A DNA stretch of 63,951 nucleotides, filler included, from Octopus bimaculoides (GCF_001194135.2; 7 parts of 6 records of this genome joined end to end with filler, not necessarily neighbours in it), one strand, 5' to 3'; counted from the first letter of the whole stretch, positions 49,841-62,750 are shown. The notes: generated from the sequence alone by a model not told the origin. Numbers and translations: made by a program.

Positions 49841-50755
49841 AGGAGGCAAGCTAGCAGAATCGTTAGTGCGCCGAACAAAATGCTTCTTCCGGTTCTTTAC
49901 ATTCTATGTTAAAATCCCGTCAAAGTCAACTTTACTTGCATTCTTCCAGGGTCGGTAAAAACAAAGTAGCGGTCATTAACTGGGTCGATGTGATCGACTA
50001 ACCCTTTCCCCTTTATATTACTGGCCTTGTGCCCCAAATTGAAACAATTATTTTGAAGGTGGCAAGCTGACAGAATCGTTTTCTCAGGCTCTTTACGTTC
50101 TGAGCTCAAATCCAATAGAGGACAACTTTGCCTTTCGTCTTTTTGGGGTCGATAAAATAAATACCAGTCCGGAGTCAATGTAGTAGGCTTCCCATTCCCT
50201 TATAAACTGCTGGTTTAGAAAGAATTATTATTATTTTTATTATATGCAGATTTGAAATTTTAGGGTTTGTGGTGTTGGCCGATTACATCAAACCCAGTAC
50301 TCAACTGGTAATTATTTTATCAATCCACAATAGGATGAAAGCCAAAGTATAACAGCCGGAAGAAATGCTGCCAAGCATTTTGTCCGACGCAGTAACGATT
50401 CTGCTAGCTCGCTGCCTAAATAAAAATTGTCTCAAAATTTGGCATAAGGCCGAGAATTTGTGGGTGCAGATTAATCGATTACATCAATCTCAGAACTTTT
50501 CTGGTACTTTATTTTATCGAGCCTGAAAGGATGGAAGACAAAATTGACTTTGGCGGAATCTGGACTCAGAACGTTAAGAGCCGGAAGAAATGTCGCTAAA
50601 CATTTCATCCGACGTTCTAACGGCTCTACCAGCTCGCTGCTTTAATAATTCTTTCTAATTTTGGTTCATAGCCAGCATTTCCTAAGGGACGGGGGTAAAT
50701 CGATTACATCAACCCCAGTACTTGATTGGTACTTTATTTTATCAACGTCGAACGG
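49841..50755. mobile_element. Five SINE-B copies: two plus, then three minus (convergent)
   Basis: Plus heads at 49841 and 50055. Minus copies at 50250-50417, 50435-50642 and 50655-50755. Confidence 0.8.
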
Positions 50756-51794
50756 NNNNNNNNNNNNNNNNNNNNNNNNNNNNNNNNNNNNNNNNNNNNN
50801 NNNNNNNNNNNNNNNNNNNNNNNNNNNNNNNNNNNNNNNNNNNNNNNNNNNNNNNNNNNNNNNNNNNNNNNNNNNNNNNNNNNNNNNNNNNNNNNNNNNN
50901 NNNNNNNNNNNNNNNNNNNNNNNNNNNNNNNNNNNNNNNNNNNNNNNNNNNNNNNNNNNNNNNNNNNNNNNNNNNNNNNNNNNNNNNNNNNNNNNNNNNN
51001 NNNNNNNNNNNNNNNNNNNNNNNNNNNNNNNNNNNNNNNNNNNNNNNNNNNNNNNNNNNNNNNNNNNNNNNNNNNNNNNNNNNNNNNNNNNNNNNNNNNN
51101 NNNNNNNNNNNNNNNNNNNNNNNNNNNNNNNNNNNNNNNNNNNNNNNNNNNNNNNNNNNNNNNNNNNNNNNNNNNNNNNNNNNNNNNNNNNNNNNNNNNN
51201 NNNNNNNNNNNNNNNNNNNNNNNNNNNNNNNNNNNNNNNNNNNNNNNNNNNNNNNNNNNNNNNNNNNNNNNNNNNNNNNNNNNNNNNNNNNNNNNNNNNN
51301 NNNNNNNNNNNNNNNNNNNNNNNNNNNNNNNNNNNNNNNNNNNNNNNNNNNNNNNNNNNNNNNNNNNNNNNNNNNNNNNNNNNNNNNNNNNNNNNNNNNN
51401 NNNNNNNNNNNNNNNNNNNNNNNNNNNNNNNNNNNNNNNNNNNNNNNNNNNNNNNNNNNNNNNNNNNNNNNNNNNNNNNNNNNNNNNNNNNNNNNNNNNN
51501 NNNNNNNNNNNNNNNNNNNNNNNNNNNNNNNNNNNNNNNNNNNNNNNNNNNNNNNNNNNNNNNNNNNNNNNNNNNNNNNNNNNNNNNNNNNNNNNNNNNN
51601 NNNNNNNNNNNNNNNNNNNNNNNNNNNNNNNNNNNNNNNNNNNNNNNNNNNNNNNNNNNNNNNNNNNNNNNNNNNNNNNNNNNNNNNNNNNNNNNNNNNN
51701 NNNNGGTATGGTGGTAGAGCAAAGGAGGCATTAGGAGGAAGGCAGTGGATTGGGGAACGCTATGAATTTATAATATTAATATAGTATTGTATAC

Positions 51795-51828
<34 letters not shown>

Positions 51829-51829
<1 letters not shown>

Positions 51830-52151
51830 GAGCACTTTGTCGCTTACGACGACGAGGGTCCCAGCTGACTCGATCAACGGAACAGCCTGCTCGTGAAATT
51901 AACGTGCAAGTGGCTGAGCACTCTACAGACACGTGTACCGTTCTCGTAGCTCTCAGGGAGATTCAGCGTGACACAGAGTGTGACAAGGCTGGCCATTTGA
52001 AATACAGGTACTACTCATTTTTGCCAGCTGAGTGGACGGGAGTAGCGTGAAATAAAGTGTCTTGCTCAAGGACACAATGCGTCGCTTGGAATTGAACTCA
52101 CGACTTTACGATCGTGAGCCGAATGCCCTAACCACTAAGCCACGCGCCTTC
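51829..52151 (-). mobile_element. SINE with a different tRNA head and CORE-like segment, but a SINE-C tail
   Basis: Minus strand gaaggcgcgtggcttagtggttagggcattcggctcacgatc...gagttcaattcc...tgtgtccttgagcaagacac, then the SINE-C tail gtgtcacgctgaat...gtcgtaagcgac. Confidence 0.85.
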
Positions 52152-52199
52152 ACACACACAAAAAAATATTATATTAAATACCAAATGATTCATAGTATA

Positions 52200-52580
52200 T
52201 CTTTTAATCTTTTACTTGTTCCAGTCATTTGACTGCGGCCATGCTGGGGCACCGCCTTTAGTCGAGCAAATCGACCCCAAGACTTATTCTTTATAAGCCC
52301 AGTACTTGTTCTATCGGTTTCTTTTGCCGAACCGCTAAGTTACGGGGACATAAACACACCAGCATCGGTTGTCAAGCGATGTTGGGGGACAAATACAGAC
52401 TCACACACACACACACATACACGACGAGCTTCTTTCAGTTTCCGTCCACCAAATCCACTCAGAAGGCTTTGGTCGGCCCGAGGCTATAGAAGAAGACACT
52501 TGCCCAAGGTGCCACGCAGTGGGACTGAACCCGGAACCATGTGGTTGGTAAGCAAGCTACTTACCACACAGCTACTCCTA
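52200..52580 (-). mobile_element. SINE-A, full length, short internal repeat
   Basis: Near-consensus inverse copy. Confidence 0.92.
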
Positions 52581-52629
52581 TATAAAATATAAAATATTTA
52601 TTTACACATAAAAATAGTGGTGGGGTGCT

Positions 52630-52692
52630 GAGGGTATTATGTGGCCATGAGGGGTGGGGGCAGGAACCCAAAAAGTTTGAGAACTTCTGATC
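52630..52692. mobile_element. hAT-type MITE right-end remnant
   Basis: aaaaagtttgagaacttctg resembles the inverse of the CAG...TTCTCAA hAT terminus. A left-end-like cagggtttctcaaact lies at about 61896. Confidence 0.4.
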
Positions 52693-53282
52693 TAATTGAT
52701 TACATGTCGCTTCAAAATATTGGCATTACTTTTGCAATATACTGTTTAGCATATGTCTTCGAAGCTTTGTTTTAACCTTTTCGAAACTGTATAAACATTA
52801 ATAAAAATATATTTAGTGGTTAATATCACGAGAAAAGAGGACTAGTGCCGTAGAGCGAAAAATAGGTTTTGGCAAGTCGATTCCAGTTCACTTTACTTAC
52901 TGGCAATGCCTTTGAGGAAAATGCAAAGGTCATACAATTTTATTCTACTCCACCGAAATTTGTGGCCTGGTGCCAAGGTTATTATAACATTATTTTTAAT
53001 ATTGTTATTAGCACTTTCACGACGCCTAAGACTAGGTTTTTGAATTTGCTTGTGTCACATTCCTGCGAAAGTGTTTATTTGTTTATATCGTTTAACCCTC
53101 AGAAGGTTTCCTACTACTGTTAAGTTTCTGGTAGTTTTAACAGATTTTTTACTGTCAGAATGCCAAGATGACATTGAAAATCAGAGGTATCAACCATCTG
53201 ATCCATGGCAAATGGAAGGTGTAAAGATGGTTGAGACGACAATACACCGTACTTGAAGCTTTACTATATCTAGTTTGGTGTA

Positions 53283-53515
53283 AAGGGTGCGTGGCCTAGT
53301 GGTTAGGGGCGTTGTATTCACGTTCGCAAGATCGTGGTTGGATTCTCGGACCAGGTGGTGCGTTCTGTCTCTTGAGCAAAACATTTCATTAAACGTTGCT
53401 CTGCGATCACTTTGACATCTGACACTTTGCACCTGTGCAGGTAATGTCGATTTCATGGAGGGAGTGAGCTAATGTGCCGCTCAAACATTTGATCACTATA
53501 AACAAATCTTCTGCG
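53283..53515 (+). mobile_element. SINE-E (tRNA head plus CORE-like segment), diverged
   Basis: gggtgcgtggcctagtggttagg...gatcgtggttggattctcgg...tcttgagcaaaacattt. Confidence 0.7.
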
Positions 53516-53539
53516 TAGCTTTTTCATATATTTTTTTCT

Positions 53540-53685
53540 TTACTCTAGGCACAAGTTCTGAAATTTTGGGGGAGGGGGGGCAGTCGATTAGATCGACCCC
53601 AGTACGCAACTGGTACTTAATTTATCGACCCCGAAAGGATGAAAGGCAAAGTCAACCTCGGCGGAATTTGAACACAGAACGTGCA
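53540..53685 (-). mobile_element. SINE-B, 5'-truncated
   Basis: atcgaccccgaaaggatgaaaggcaaagtcaacctcggcggaatttgaac. Confidence 0.85.
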
Positions 53686-55789
53686 GCTTCTTCATATTAC
53701 AAGAAATTGGAATACTGTCTTTCTCGGACTTGCGAGACTATATACTATATTCAGTTATATCTGAATATGGTATATAAGATATTCCTTATATCCCAAGTTC
53801 AATAACAATCAGGCCGACTTTCTCTATTAATCCTTTTTGAACAAGATATTTATCCTTGTTGTGAGCTAATTCGGAAGCCTCAAACACAATCGTTATATCT
53901 GCTAGAAATATCAACCAAATCTACCCCAAATATAACATAGAGTTTTTTTTTAAGGACTCTTTGGAAAATACAGTTCGAGATGAATAAAAAAAAGTTTAGT
54001 ATTGACTGATCTTGGATGAAACAAAATGTTATTTTATATAATGAGGTGGGTTTAATCAACTATAAAAGTTAGTCTCGTAAATAGTCAATAGAAATCAATA
54101 ATACAGGAAAGCGGTGTGAGTGGCTCATCACTCCTTCGATCGTTCCAGGCGAACAGTCTCCGATCTATTTCTGATTCCTTATTGTAACCATGTGTTATCC
54201 TACCTTCTTTGCTAATGCTCAAAAGAAAAGCATGATCTTTGCTCAATCATTTCTACACTCTCATAAGTTATGTTTATTTAGCACACCTATGTTAAAGAGA
54301 AATAAATAACAAAGAAATTATGTGAACAATACAGTTGATTTCAATTAGAAATGGCTGCCCATTTGCAATGATCAGAAAAAAGAAAAAGAAAAAAGAAAAG
54401 TGTTACAGCAAAATCTAAAAACATCAATCCAAGCCACATTACCACTATTACAATTAATTTCGATCGATTTTTTCCTTACCATCAATTACTCGGACATTTC
54501 TGTTAGGCAAGAAATCAAATAAGGATGTCGATTCAGACCGTAACAATTAATCAGAAATTTCATTGATACGAACAAAAACAAAAACAAAAACAGAAACAAA
54601 AAACAAAAAAAGTTAATTCAGTCCACCCCACCCCACCCCACCATTACTTTCTAAATATGACATTTAGCTTCTTGTTAATGTTCTTGAGCTTATCTGAATC
54701 TCTGTGAAGCTGACTTTGTATCTAAGCATCAAATGCATGTAAATAATGCTATTTCGAGGAAAACAAACGGGAAGGAGAAATTATTTTTAGAATTAGTATT
54801 TTATTTTAATACCATTGACTCTCTTCTGGTTCGGTTATTATTCTGTGTCAAAAGAGACTGAACGAACTTGAACAATGTAAGTGTATTTGTGAGTTGTACT
54901 GTCATACAAAGTCTGTTGAAAATAAATAACCAGGGCATGAGCCTTCATACAAATGGGTCTGATGAAGTGAACAATGATATTAATATTTGGCAAAAATACA
55001 TATATGGTCTGCTTTCAAGTTATCACATGCTCTAAATTAATGCTGAGTTGAGAGTGGGTAAAAGTGAATACGGCAGACTAAAAAGCCAGATGCTGCTCAG
55101 CTGTCACGTGCATTGAGTTGGTATTCGTGTGTGTATGTGTGTGTGTATGTGTGTGTGTGAGTGCGTGCGTGTGTGCGTGCGTGCGTGTGCATGTGTGTGT
55201 GTGCGTGCGTGTGTGTGTGCGCGACACGTGTGAGCGCATGACGGCTCAAAATTAAATACATAAAAATAACCAATCGGGAAAACGAAATATAAGTATATTT
55301 GTTGCTGGACGATAGATTATGAAAATACGTTGTTGAGAATACAATTTTAAAAAAAATAATAGACAACTTTTCTGTTGTCAGGAAAGCTTAGAAAAAAAAA
55401 ACTGTTCTGCTATTAGGAAAACTTAACATTATATAAAAACTATCCAAAATATTCTGCTTACATAAACTCAGAATTAATTATTTTGGCAGGTTCTTATTTA
55501 TCTAACAAATTCTGTAGAAAGTTGGTGATGATTCCACATTTGTCATATTCTTTTTCCTTAAAACGTCTCATGTAAAAGATGGACGTACTGTTGTGTTCTG
55601 CTCAGTTGGTAATTGTTTTTCAAGGCTAATAATAGCTGCATTGTTATCGGTTATAGCTATTTCGTAGTTAAAGCAAATCGGTTGCGAAAATATAGTCTCT
55701 GACGTTATATCATATAAAAAAAACTGGCTTCAAACTGTGAAAAGCAGTGTACGGTCGACAACTTAAAGGAAAACAGATTTATGCTTACG

Positions 55790-56320
55790 GATATATTTCG
55801 TCCACGCATCCATCTTCTCTGCCAATCATTTTTGGGAGGTTCGTGGTGGGTAGGGTCCTTAGCACTAGCGTAGCTAGAGGGAGTGATGGCACAATTTTGG
55901 GGTCTGTTGTAAGCAACATGTATTTTTTGTTGGGGCATGAAGGCGGCAAACTGAAGGGCTGCTCCGGTCGGAACTACGCTAGCGGTTCTTAGGTATCTTT
56001 TCCATAGGATCAGAAGCAACTGTCATTAGACTTCCCAGCTGGATTCCCAAGCGTGACCAGCTGAAGCTATGGATATTATCCCACCATCTCGTTCTTAGTG
56101 TACTCCTTCGTTTCCTGTCGGCTTGAAGAATCTGTCTTGCGATTCTTTCCTGCGACATTCTAATCACATGTCCATTGTACCGGAGCTGTGACCTCTCAAT
56201 ACGGAGAAGTAGCAGCTCGACCTGGAGAGATTCCCTGATCTCCCAGCTACACGTCCGGTCGTCTAACGTTACTCCAGAGATCCTTTGGAAGATCCCCCAT
56301 TTCGGCTACTTGTTTTGACG
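55790..56320 (-). mobile_element. RTE-clade (Expander/Rex3-like) LINE 3' region
   Basis: QVAEMGIFQRISGVTLDDRTCSWEIRESLQVELLLLRIERSQLRYNGHVIRMSQERIARQILQA...RTRWWDNIHSFSWSRLGI matches Rex3-type AEM.FLRR..G..L.DR.RS..IRE.L.VEPLLL.IERSQLRW.GH..RM. There is a degenerate gatgg-type tail near 55800. Confidence 0.85.
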
Positions 56321-56948
56321 ATCATACTTTTACAGTCATTACCTAACTAACATTCTGGCACGAAAACCGAATTGTAGATAACGGGTATGGTGACTCAGTC
56401 AGACCTCCTGGCCTGAGGAACATAATCTCTTTACTAATGGAAGTAAGAATAGTTCTGGTCAACATGACATATATTTATGCATACTTTTAGTAGGAAAAAA
56501 AAAGCTAATTTTCTATGAATATTTGAAGTCTAAAAACAAAAAGCAAGGGAGATGACTCCACCAAGATCAATTAATCGAAATGTTTGGACAATAACAGACA
56601 ATAAAGACAATACAGATTGGAGTAGATCTGGTCTTTAAAACTAATTGGTAAAAGCAACGGGCATGTTTCCGCTGATCCTCCTCAGCGAAACATTCGTGCC
56701 AACCTGCTTTGTTTGTTTTATCTAGAAATTTCGATCAGCCGATCTAACTGAAATTGTCTCAGTTGTTTGTTGACTTTTAAAATATTTAAATACACTTAGA
56801 ATGAGTTTTTTGCCCACTAATTGATAAAATAATTTCAATTGATTGATGGTCTTCAACTCAATATATTACATAAAAGACGTTACTGTATTAATGTAAGAAT
56901 ATATACTTGTATACAGACATATTCATATATTCTACATTCGCACACTCA

Positions 56949-57009
<61 letters not shown>

Positions 57010-57061
57010 NNNNNNNNNNGCATAGGGTGGGGTGGGACAAAAGCAGCACAAAGATAAGCTC

Positions 57062-57246
57062 GCTCACACACACACACACACACACACACATACATACACA
57101 ATGGGCTTCTTTTACTTCCCTACTAAGAATCCATTCATGGTCGCTTGGAAGTATAATAGAGGACACTTGCCCAAAGTGTCACGCAGTGGGACGGAACTTA
57201 AGATCACATAGTTGGGAAGCAAACTTCTCAACTAACAACGCCTGTG
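57062..57246 (-). mobile_element. SINE-A 5' half
   Basis: gaggacacttgcccaaagtgtcacgcagtgggac, with an internal (CA)n. Confidence 0.75.
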
Positions 57247-57328
57247 TCAATATGAAAAACTTCTTGACTAAAAAATTCACAATAATTCTATTTAAAAAAC
57301 ACAGCATATCTAATAGCTTTGGTCTGAC

Positions 57329-57595
57329 CTTGTACCAAAATCTAAAACCAATATCTAATAGTTTTGTCAATGCTTCTACTAAGCAACCATTCATTTGTTC
57401 CGGTACTTCTATATTCCTTTTAATTCTTGTTCCATTCCATTTCCATCCATTTACTGGGATGTGTCCGTCACTGCTTTGATATGGTTCATATGACAAATGT
57501 CGCAGATTTTCCTGTGTAAATAGCTTGTAATTTGCTGTGGAAATGCGCTGAAATGACTCGTCGATATAGGTTTCTTTTGATGGATTATAGTATAT
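57329..57595 (-). CDS. Candidate internal coding exon (89 codons, phase 0-0), unknown protein
   Basis: AG|ATA acceptor (weak polypyrimidine tract) and AAG|gtcaga donor. Peptide IYYNPSKETYIDESFQRISTANYKLFTQENLRHLSYEPYQSSDGHIPVNGWKWNGTRIKRNIEVPEQMNGCLVEALTKLLDIGFRFWYK, of ordinary amino-acid complexity. Confidence 0.4.
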
Positions 57596-57757
57596 CTTTA
57601 ATTACAAGGTTTATTGTTTTTTTTTATTCGTTATGATATAGGATTATTTGTAGGTTGCGTTCTCTCCTTCCCCTTCTCTCTCTCACACTTGCAATATGCA
57701 TGCACACATATATATATATATATAAATATATATATATACACACACACACACAAACAT

Positions 57758-57822
<65 letters not shown>

Positions 57823-58015
57823 TAGATAGATAGAGAGATAGATATAGATATATATATGTATATGTATGTATGTATATGTATATATATATATGTATATAAT
57901 TGAGATACAGTTGAATTAGGCACTTAAGGTGAAGCACCAAGTCAGTGCGGTATTATCCGTACAACTCAAAGTAAGGTGAATAAAATCAAAATAAGCAACA
58001 GGATATCAAGAGGTG

Positions 58016-58103
58016 ATGCAGTACGATCGTTTCAAGCAGTTCCATTTAATTGAACAATGCAATCATTGCATTAATTTAAATACAGGGCTATCCTCATCTG
58101 CAT
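58016..58103 (-). ncRNA. Degenerate type I hammerhead with a long stem II (Penelope-like)
   Basis: Minus strand: augcag AUGAGGA [hairpin of about 60 nt] GAAA cgaucg UA cugcau. Stem I is 6 bp and the stem III palindrome is ACGAUCGU. Confidence 0.55.
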
Positions 58104-58423
58104 AATAAATAGAATGTTTTTAATCAGTTAGACACATTAATATAATTTTACTCAAATTCTCTAATTGAGAATATATATACAAGAAGAAGGAAAAAGTCCA
58201 TGTTGCTACCAATGGAACTCAGAATATACTACACTTCTGAGAACTGTATGAAGTTTGTTAAGGTCATAGCTTGTAAAGGATTGTAGTTCACTTTTAATGT
58301 ATTAGTCTTTCTTTGAGAACTACCAAATCTAAGGTTCGAGGACAGTATCTGTTTAGAATGGATAGAGAGAGTGAGTTGACAGTTTATAGTTAGGTATGGT
58401 CATAATTATTATTATTTTGATTT

Positions 58424-58458
<35 letters not shown>

Positions 58459-58558
58459 NNNNNNNNNNNNNNNNNNNNNNNNNNNNNNNNNNNNNNNNNN
58501 NNTTAATTAATTAANNNNNNNNNNNNNNNNNNNNNNNNNNNNNNNNNNNNNNNNNNNN

Positions 58559-58601
<43 letters not shown>

Positions 58602-58609
58602 TATATATA

Positions 58610-59112
58610 TACGCCAGACAAAGTGATTAGTAGCATTTCGTCAGTATTTACGTTCTGAATTCGAATTCCGCCCAATTCACTTTACCTGTAATTCTTTTCG
58701 GGGTCGATTAAATAAGTACCAGTTGAGCACTGGGGCGTTTGCAATCAACTTATACTTCCCAAAACTAGTTAGCCTTGTGCCAAAATTTGAAACCAATGCG
58801 TAGCTCTAAATTATGATGGGAACAAAAAAAGATAGACTTTGTCGAGAAGCGATGGGCCATTTCGCATAAATCCCAATTGGTATACTTCGATATACACCAG
58901 CGTTGCCTTGGAAATATTAAATTTATTGGTGAAATTTTTTTCTGGTGTTGCTGCGTCTAATGTTTGATAGAAATCCTTATATTATTTTCTACTCTAGGTA
59001 CAAGGCCCAAACTTGTTGGGGAGATGGTCGGTCGATTAGAGCGACCTCAGTACACAACTGGTCCGTATTTTATCGACACCAAAAGGACGAAAGGCAAAGT
59101 CGACCTCGGTGG
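58610..59112. mobile_element. Convergent SINE-B pair (58610-58797 plus, 58985-59112 minus)
   Basis: Core and tail motifs in opposite orientations. Confidence 0.75.
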
Positions 59113-60909
59113 ATAGAAAATACTTATATCATTGCATTGCAAAACTAACATTCTCTGTCTTATTTTGTTAATCCGAACTGCTGTGAGGCCTATTGATATG
59201 CTAAATATAACAGCCAAATATCACTGAAGTCATACACTACAGAGTTATAACAGAATACATTAGATAATGTCCGAGGCACACTATCATATGACTTAATCAT
59301 AATATGGCCTATGTTCAGTTGTGTTTTATAGTATTAGTAAACATATTGGCACTTGAGCAAATATTACCGAGAGAGAAAAGAAAGAAAAAGTACGTAGAGA
59401 TTTGAAATGAAAATTTGGAGAAGCGGTTTTAAAGTATATCCGGCAGTTTTAAAAAAAAATATGAACAGAATTAAATATTTTGTTTGACAGACGCATTACA
59501 CACACACGCCCCCACACACACACACGCATACACACACACATACACACACATGCACATGCACACACACATGTGTACGTATGACAAGTGACAGTGCACGAAA
59601 TTCTTGGCTTCTGAGTCACTATGTGACTCATGCCGATTAGATAATCTCTTTGTCTCCCTTTCTCTCTCCCCCTCTCTCTCTCCCTCTCTCTCCATGTATG
59701 TATGTATATATATGTAATAATTATGTTGCACACGATTTTTACCAGGGAACTTTTCAACCATTGGTAGTGAAGAAGATAATTTCTCTGGTGATGGAACAGT
59801 ATTATTTTATTATTTGTTTAAACTAAGTATAGAAAGTAAATTTCTTTGCCAGAAGTACGACGCCTCGAAGGTAATAGGATTCGAACTAGTGGCCCTTTGC
59901 GTCATTATCTCGACACCCTATCGACTCACCGTCTTCCTGAAAGCCAGGCATTGCTAGTCTGGGTCTCCTTTGATCAAGAAGTTTTTGCTAGTCAAATCGT
60001 TCGTTTAAATTATTTTAACACCGATAAAGACATTATCAAGATCATAAAGAAAACACGAGTGACATTACGATGTAAAACAAAAATAATAATGTAATATATG
60101 AAAAAACATGCATTGTTTATAAAAATAAATATCATTTTTTATATACGTTCATTCTATGGAGTTCAAAAACAGTTAACATAAAAATATAGGCAGTTTTAGA
60201 AAACAAAGCCACGGGTACTATTTTTATATTAAGAAAAAAAGAGGGAACTCCTTTCAAGTTGTCAGAATACGTTTCATGTAGATTTCTTCCCCGTAAGCAA
60301 GCTTATTTGCTTATCAATGTATGTAAACTTGTTTTTAGTTAATTTAAGTAGTTTTACATACGAAGACAAGCTACCCATCGGCTGTTCATTACATCAATAT
60401 ATTAGTTTATTTTCTCTGCTCTGTTTACTTTGTATATTAGTATCTATATTTTTTTTTTGTCTTTTGCATTCTTTCTTGAATTATTCCTTTAAAAAGAAAA
60501 TATAAAAGAAATTCAACTGAAGTTATGTGTGAAGAATATGATACAGTGAAATGGTAATACAAACAAATGAAAGAAAATGAATAAATCTATCAAATGAAGG
60601 GGAAAATAATGTTTAAGGCAATAACAACAAAAAATTGTTTTGTTATATCGTTTTAAGTCCTTGAATGAACGTTAAGAGTACCTGGTAGATACGAACTTTT
60701 AGAACCGGTTTCGATTTCAGCTGTTACTCTTTCGTTTCCCTCGAATAAAGCGCTTGAAAATTGGCGACATGGTTTGAATGTTTACAACTTGACCCACTCT
60801 AGAAGTTCTAACTCGATGCTCGTGGAAGTAAAGAATATGCTGGAGATTTTTTTCTTTTGTAAAGATTGTGATTATCTTGCTATTAGTAATGTGTTACTAC
60901 AGTATGTTG

Positions 60910-61061
60910 GCACAGTGGCTATGTGGTAAGTAGCTTGCTTACCAACCACATGGTTCTGCATGACACCTTGGGCAAGCGTCTGCTACTATAGCTTCGGGCC
61001 GAACAAAGCCTTCTGAGTGGATTCGGTAGACGGAAACTGAAAGAAGCCCGTCGTACATATC

Positions 61062-61105
<44 letters not shown>

Positions 61106-61330
61106 AGTGTGTGTGTGTATGTTTGTGTGTCTGTATTTGTCACTCAACAACGCTTGACAACTAATGCTGGTGTGTTTACGTCCCCGTAAACTAGCTGTTC
61201 GGCAAAAGTGACCGATGGAATAAGTGCTAAGCTTACAAAGAATAAGTCCTGGGGTCGATTTGCTCGACTAAAGGGGGTGCTCAGCATGGCCACAATCAAA
61301 TGGCTGAAACAAGTAAAGGAATAAAAGAAT
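60910..61330 (+). mobile_element. SINE-A, full length (small deletion in the head)
   Basis: gtggctatgtggtaagtagcttgcttaccaacc...gaaacaagtaaaggaataaaag. Confidence 0.9.
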
Positions 61331-61336
61331 ACACAT

Positions 61337-61379
<43 letters not shown>

Positions 61380-61586
61380 AATTAAAACAGTTTGATTTAA
61401 ATTCCTTAGTACTTCGAGCTTCAAAGTGTGATGCTAATCTTCAACCGTTCACATTTCCAATGGCTGGCGATTACTTTCATCACGCTTTGAAACTCGGAGT
61501 AGCAAGGAATTTGAATCAAACTGTTTTGATCCATACATGTAATGCCCTATAAATGTGTTGATTGTTCTTTCGTTTGTCCACTCACT

Positions 61587-61670
<84 letters not shown>

Positions 61671-62119
61671 CATGTTGTTAATGTCCTGTTGTTTGTATTT
61701 GTAATTGTGTACCATTTCTCTGTTTTATTTCGACCTTGTTTTCGTATACATTTGCTTGCTTTCTTCCAAAGAATCTAGTGATCTTAGCTTAGATTTCCTT
61801 GGTGCCGGACACACAAACATAAGCACCAGCGGCTTAAACTGAAAATACTGTGACAGGAATTTAAAGGATGGCATATTCAATGCAACTACCATGTAGGGCA
61901 GGGTTTCTCAAACTATCTGTGTTACAGTAAAGACGTAAAGGTTTGTGTATTGGATGCATTTCGTACTATATATTACGCAAACCTGAGACGTACGTATTAA
62001 ATGATTTCAAAATAGCAATATTTGGTTTGACCTCATTATTACAACTATGTGTGTGTGCGTGTGTGTGCTTGCGTAGGTCCGTGTGTGCGTGTGTGTGCGT
62101 GTGCGTGCGTGTAAACGCT

Positions 62120-62250
62120 TTTATTCGTTTATTCTTTTACTTGTTTCAGTCATTTGACTGCAGCTATGCTGGCACATCCACATCTCCTTACAGGATTTTT
62201 TAGTCGAAGAAAAGACTCGCCCAAGGTGCCACGCAATGAGAATGAGTCCG
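62120..62250 (-). mobile_element. SINE-A, internally deleted
   Basis: The tail (cttttacttgtttcagtcatttgactg) is joined to the head (gcccaaggtgccacgca). Confidence 0.7.
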
Positions 62251-62289
62251 GAATCATATATATATATATATATGTATACATACATACAT

Positions 62290-62348
<59 letters not shown>

Positions 62349-62448
62349 NNNNNNNNNNNNNNNNNNNNNNNNNNNNNNNNNNNNNNNNNNNNTTAATTAA
62401 TTAANNNNNNNNNNNNNNNNNNNNNNNNNNNNNNNNNNNNNNNNNNNN

Positions 62449-62750
62449 AGTGTTTATTGACCGAAAACACCTAAAGCTCCACGAGGCTCCGGCAGGGGAT
62501 GGTGGCGAACCCTGCTGTACTCTTCTACCACAACTTTCTCTCACTCTTACTTCCTGTTTCTGTTGTGCCTGTAATTCAAAGGGTCAGCCTTGTCACACTG
62601 TGTCACGCTGAATATCCCCGAGAACTACGTTAAGGGTACACGTGTCTGTGGAGTGCTCAGCCACTTGCACGTTAATTTCCCGAGCAGGCTGTTCCGTTGA
62701 TCTGATCAACTGGAACCCTCAATGTCGTAAGCGACAGAGTGCGACAGCAT
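62449..62750 (+). mobile_element. SINE-C (5' end in the gap)
   Basis: Matches 48840-49113 and continues to gtcgtaagcgacagagtgc. Confidence 0.9.

Noticed and set aside
54100-54290. Minus-strand exon after the strong acceptor ctctttaacatag
   Set aside because: All three frames stop within ten codons.
740-62396. Long ORFs rich in HT/YI/CV/RE/SL dipeptides or X
   Set aside because: They are translations of dinucleotide or tetranucleotide microsatellites and N gaps, not genes.
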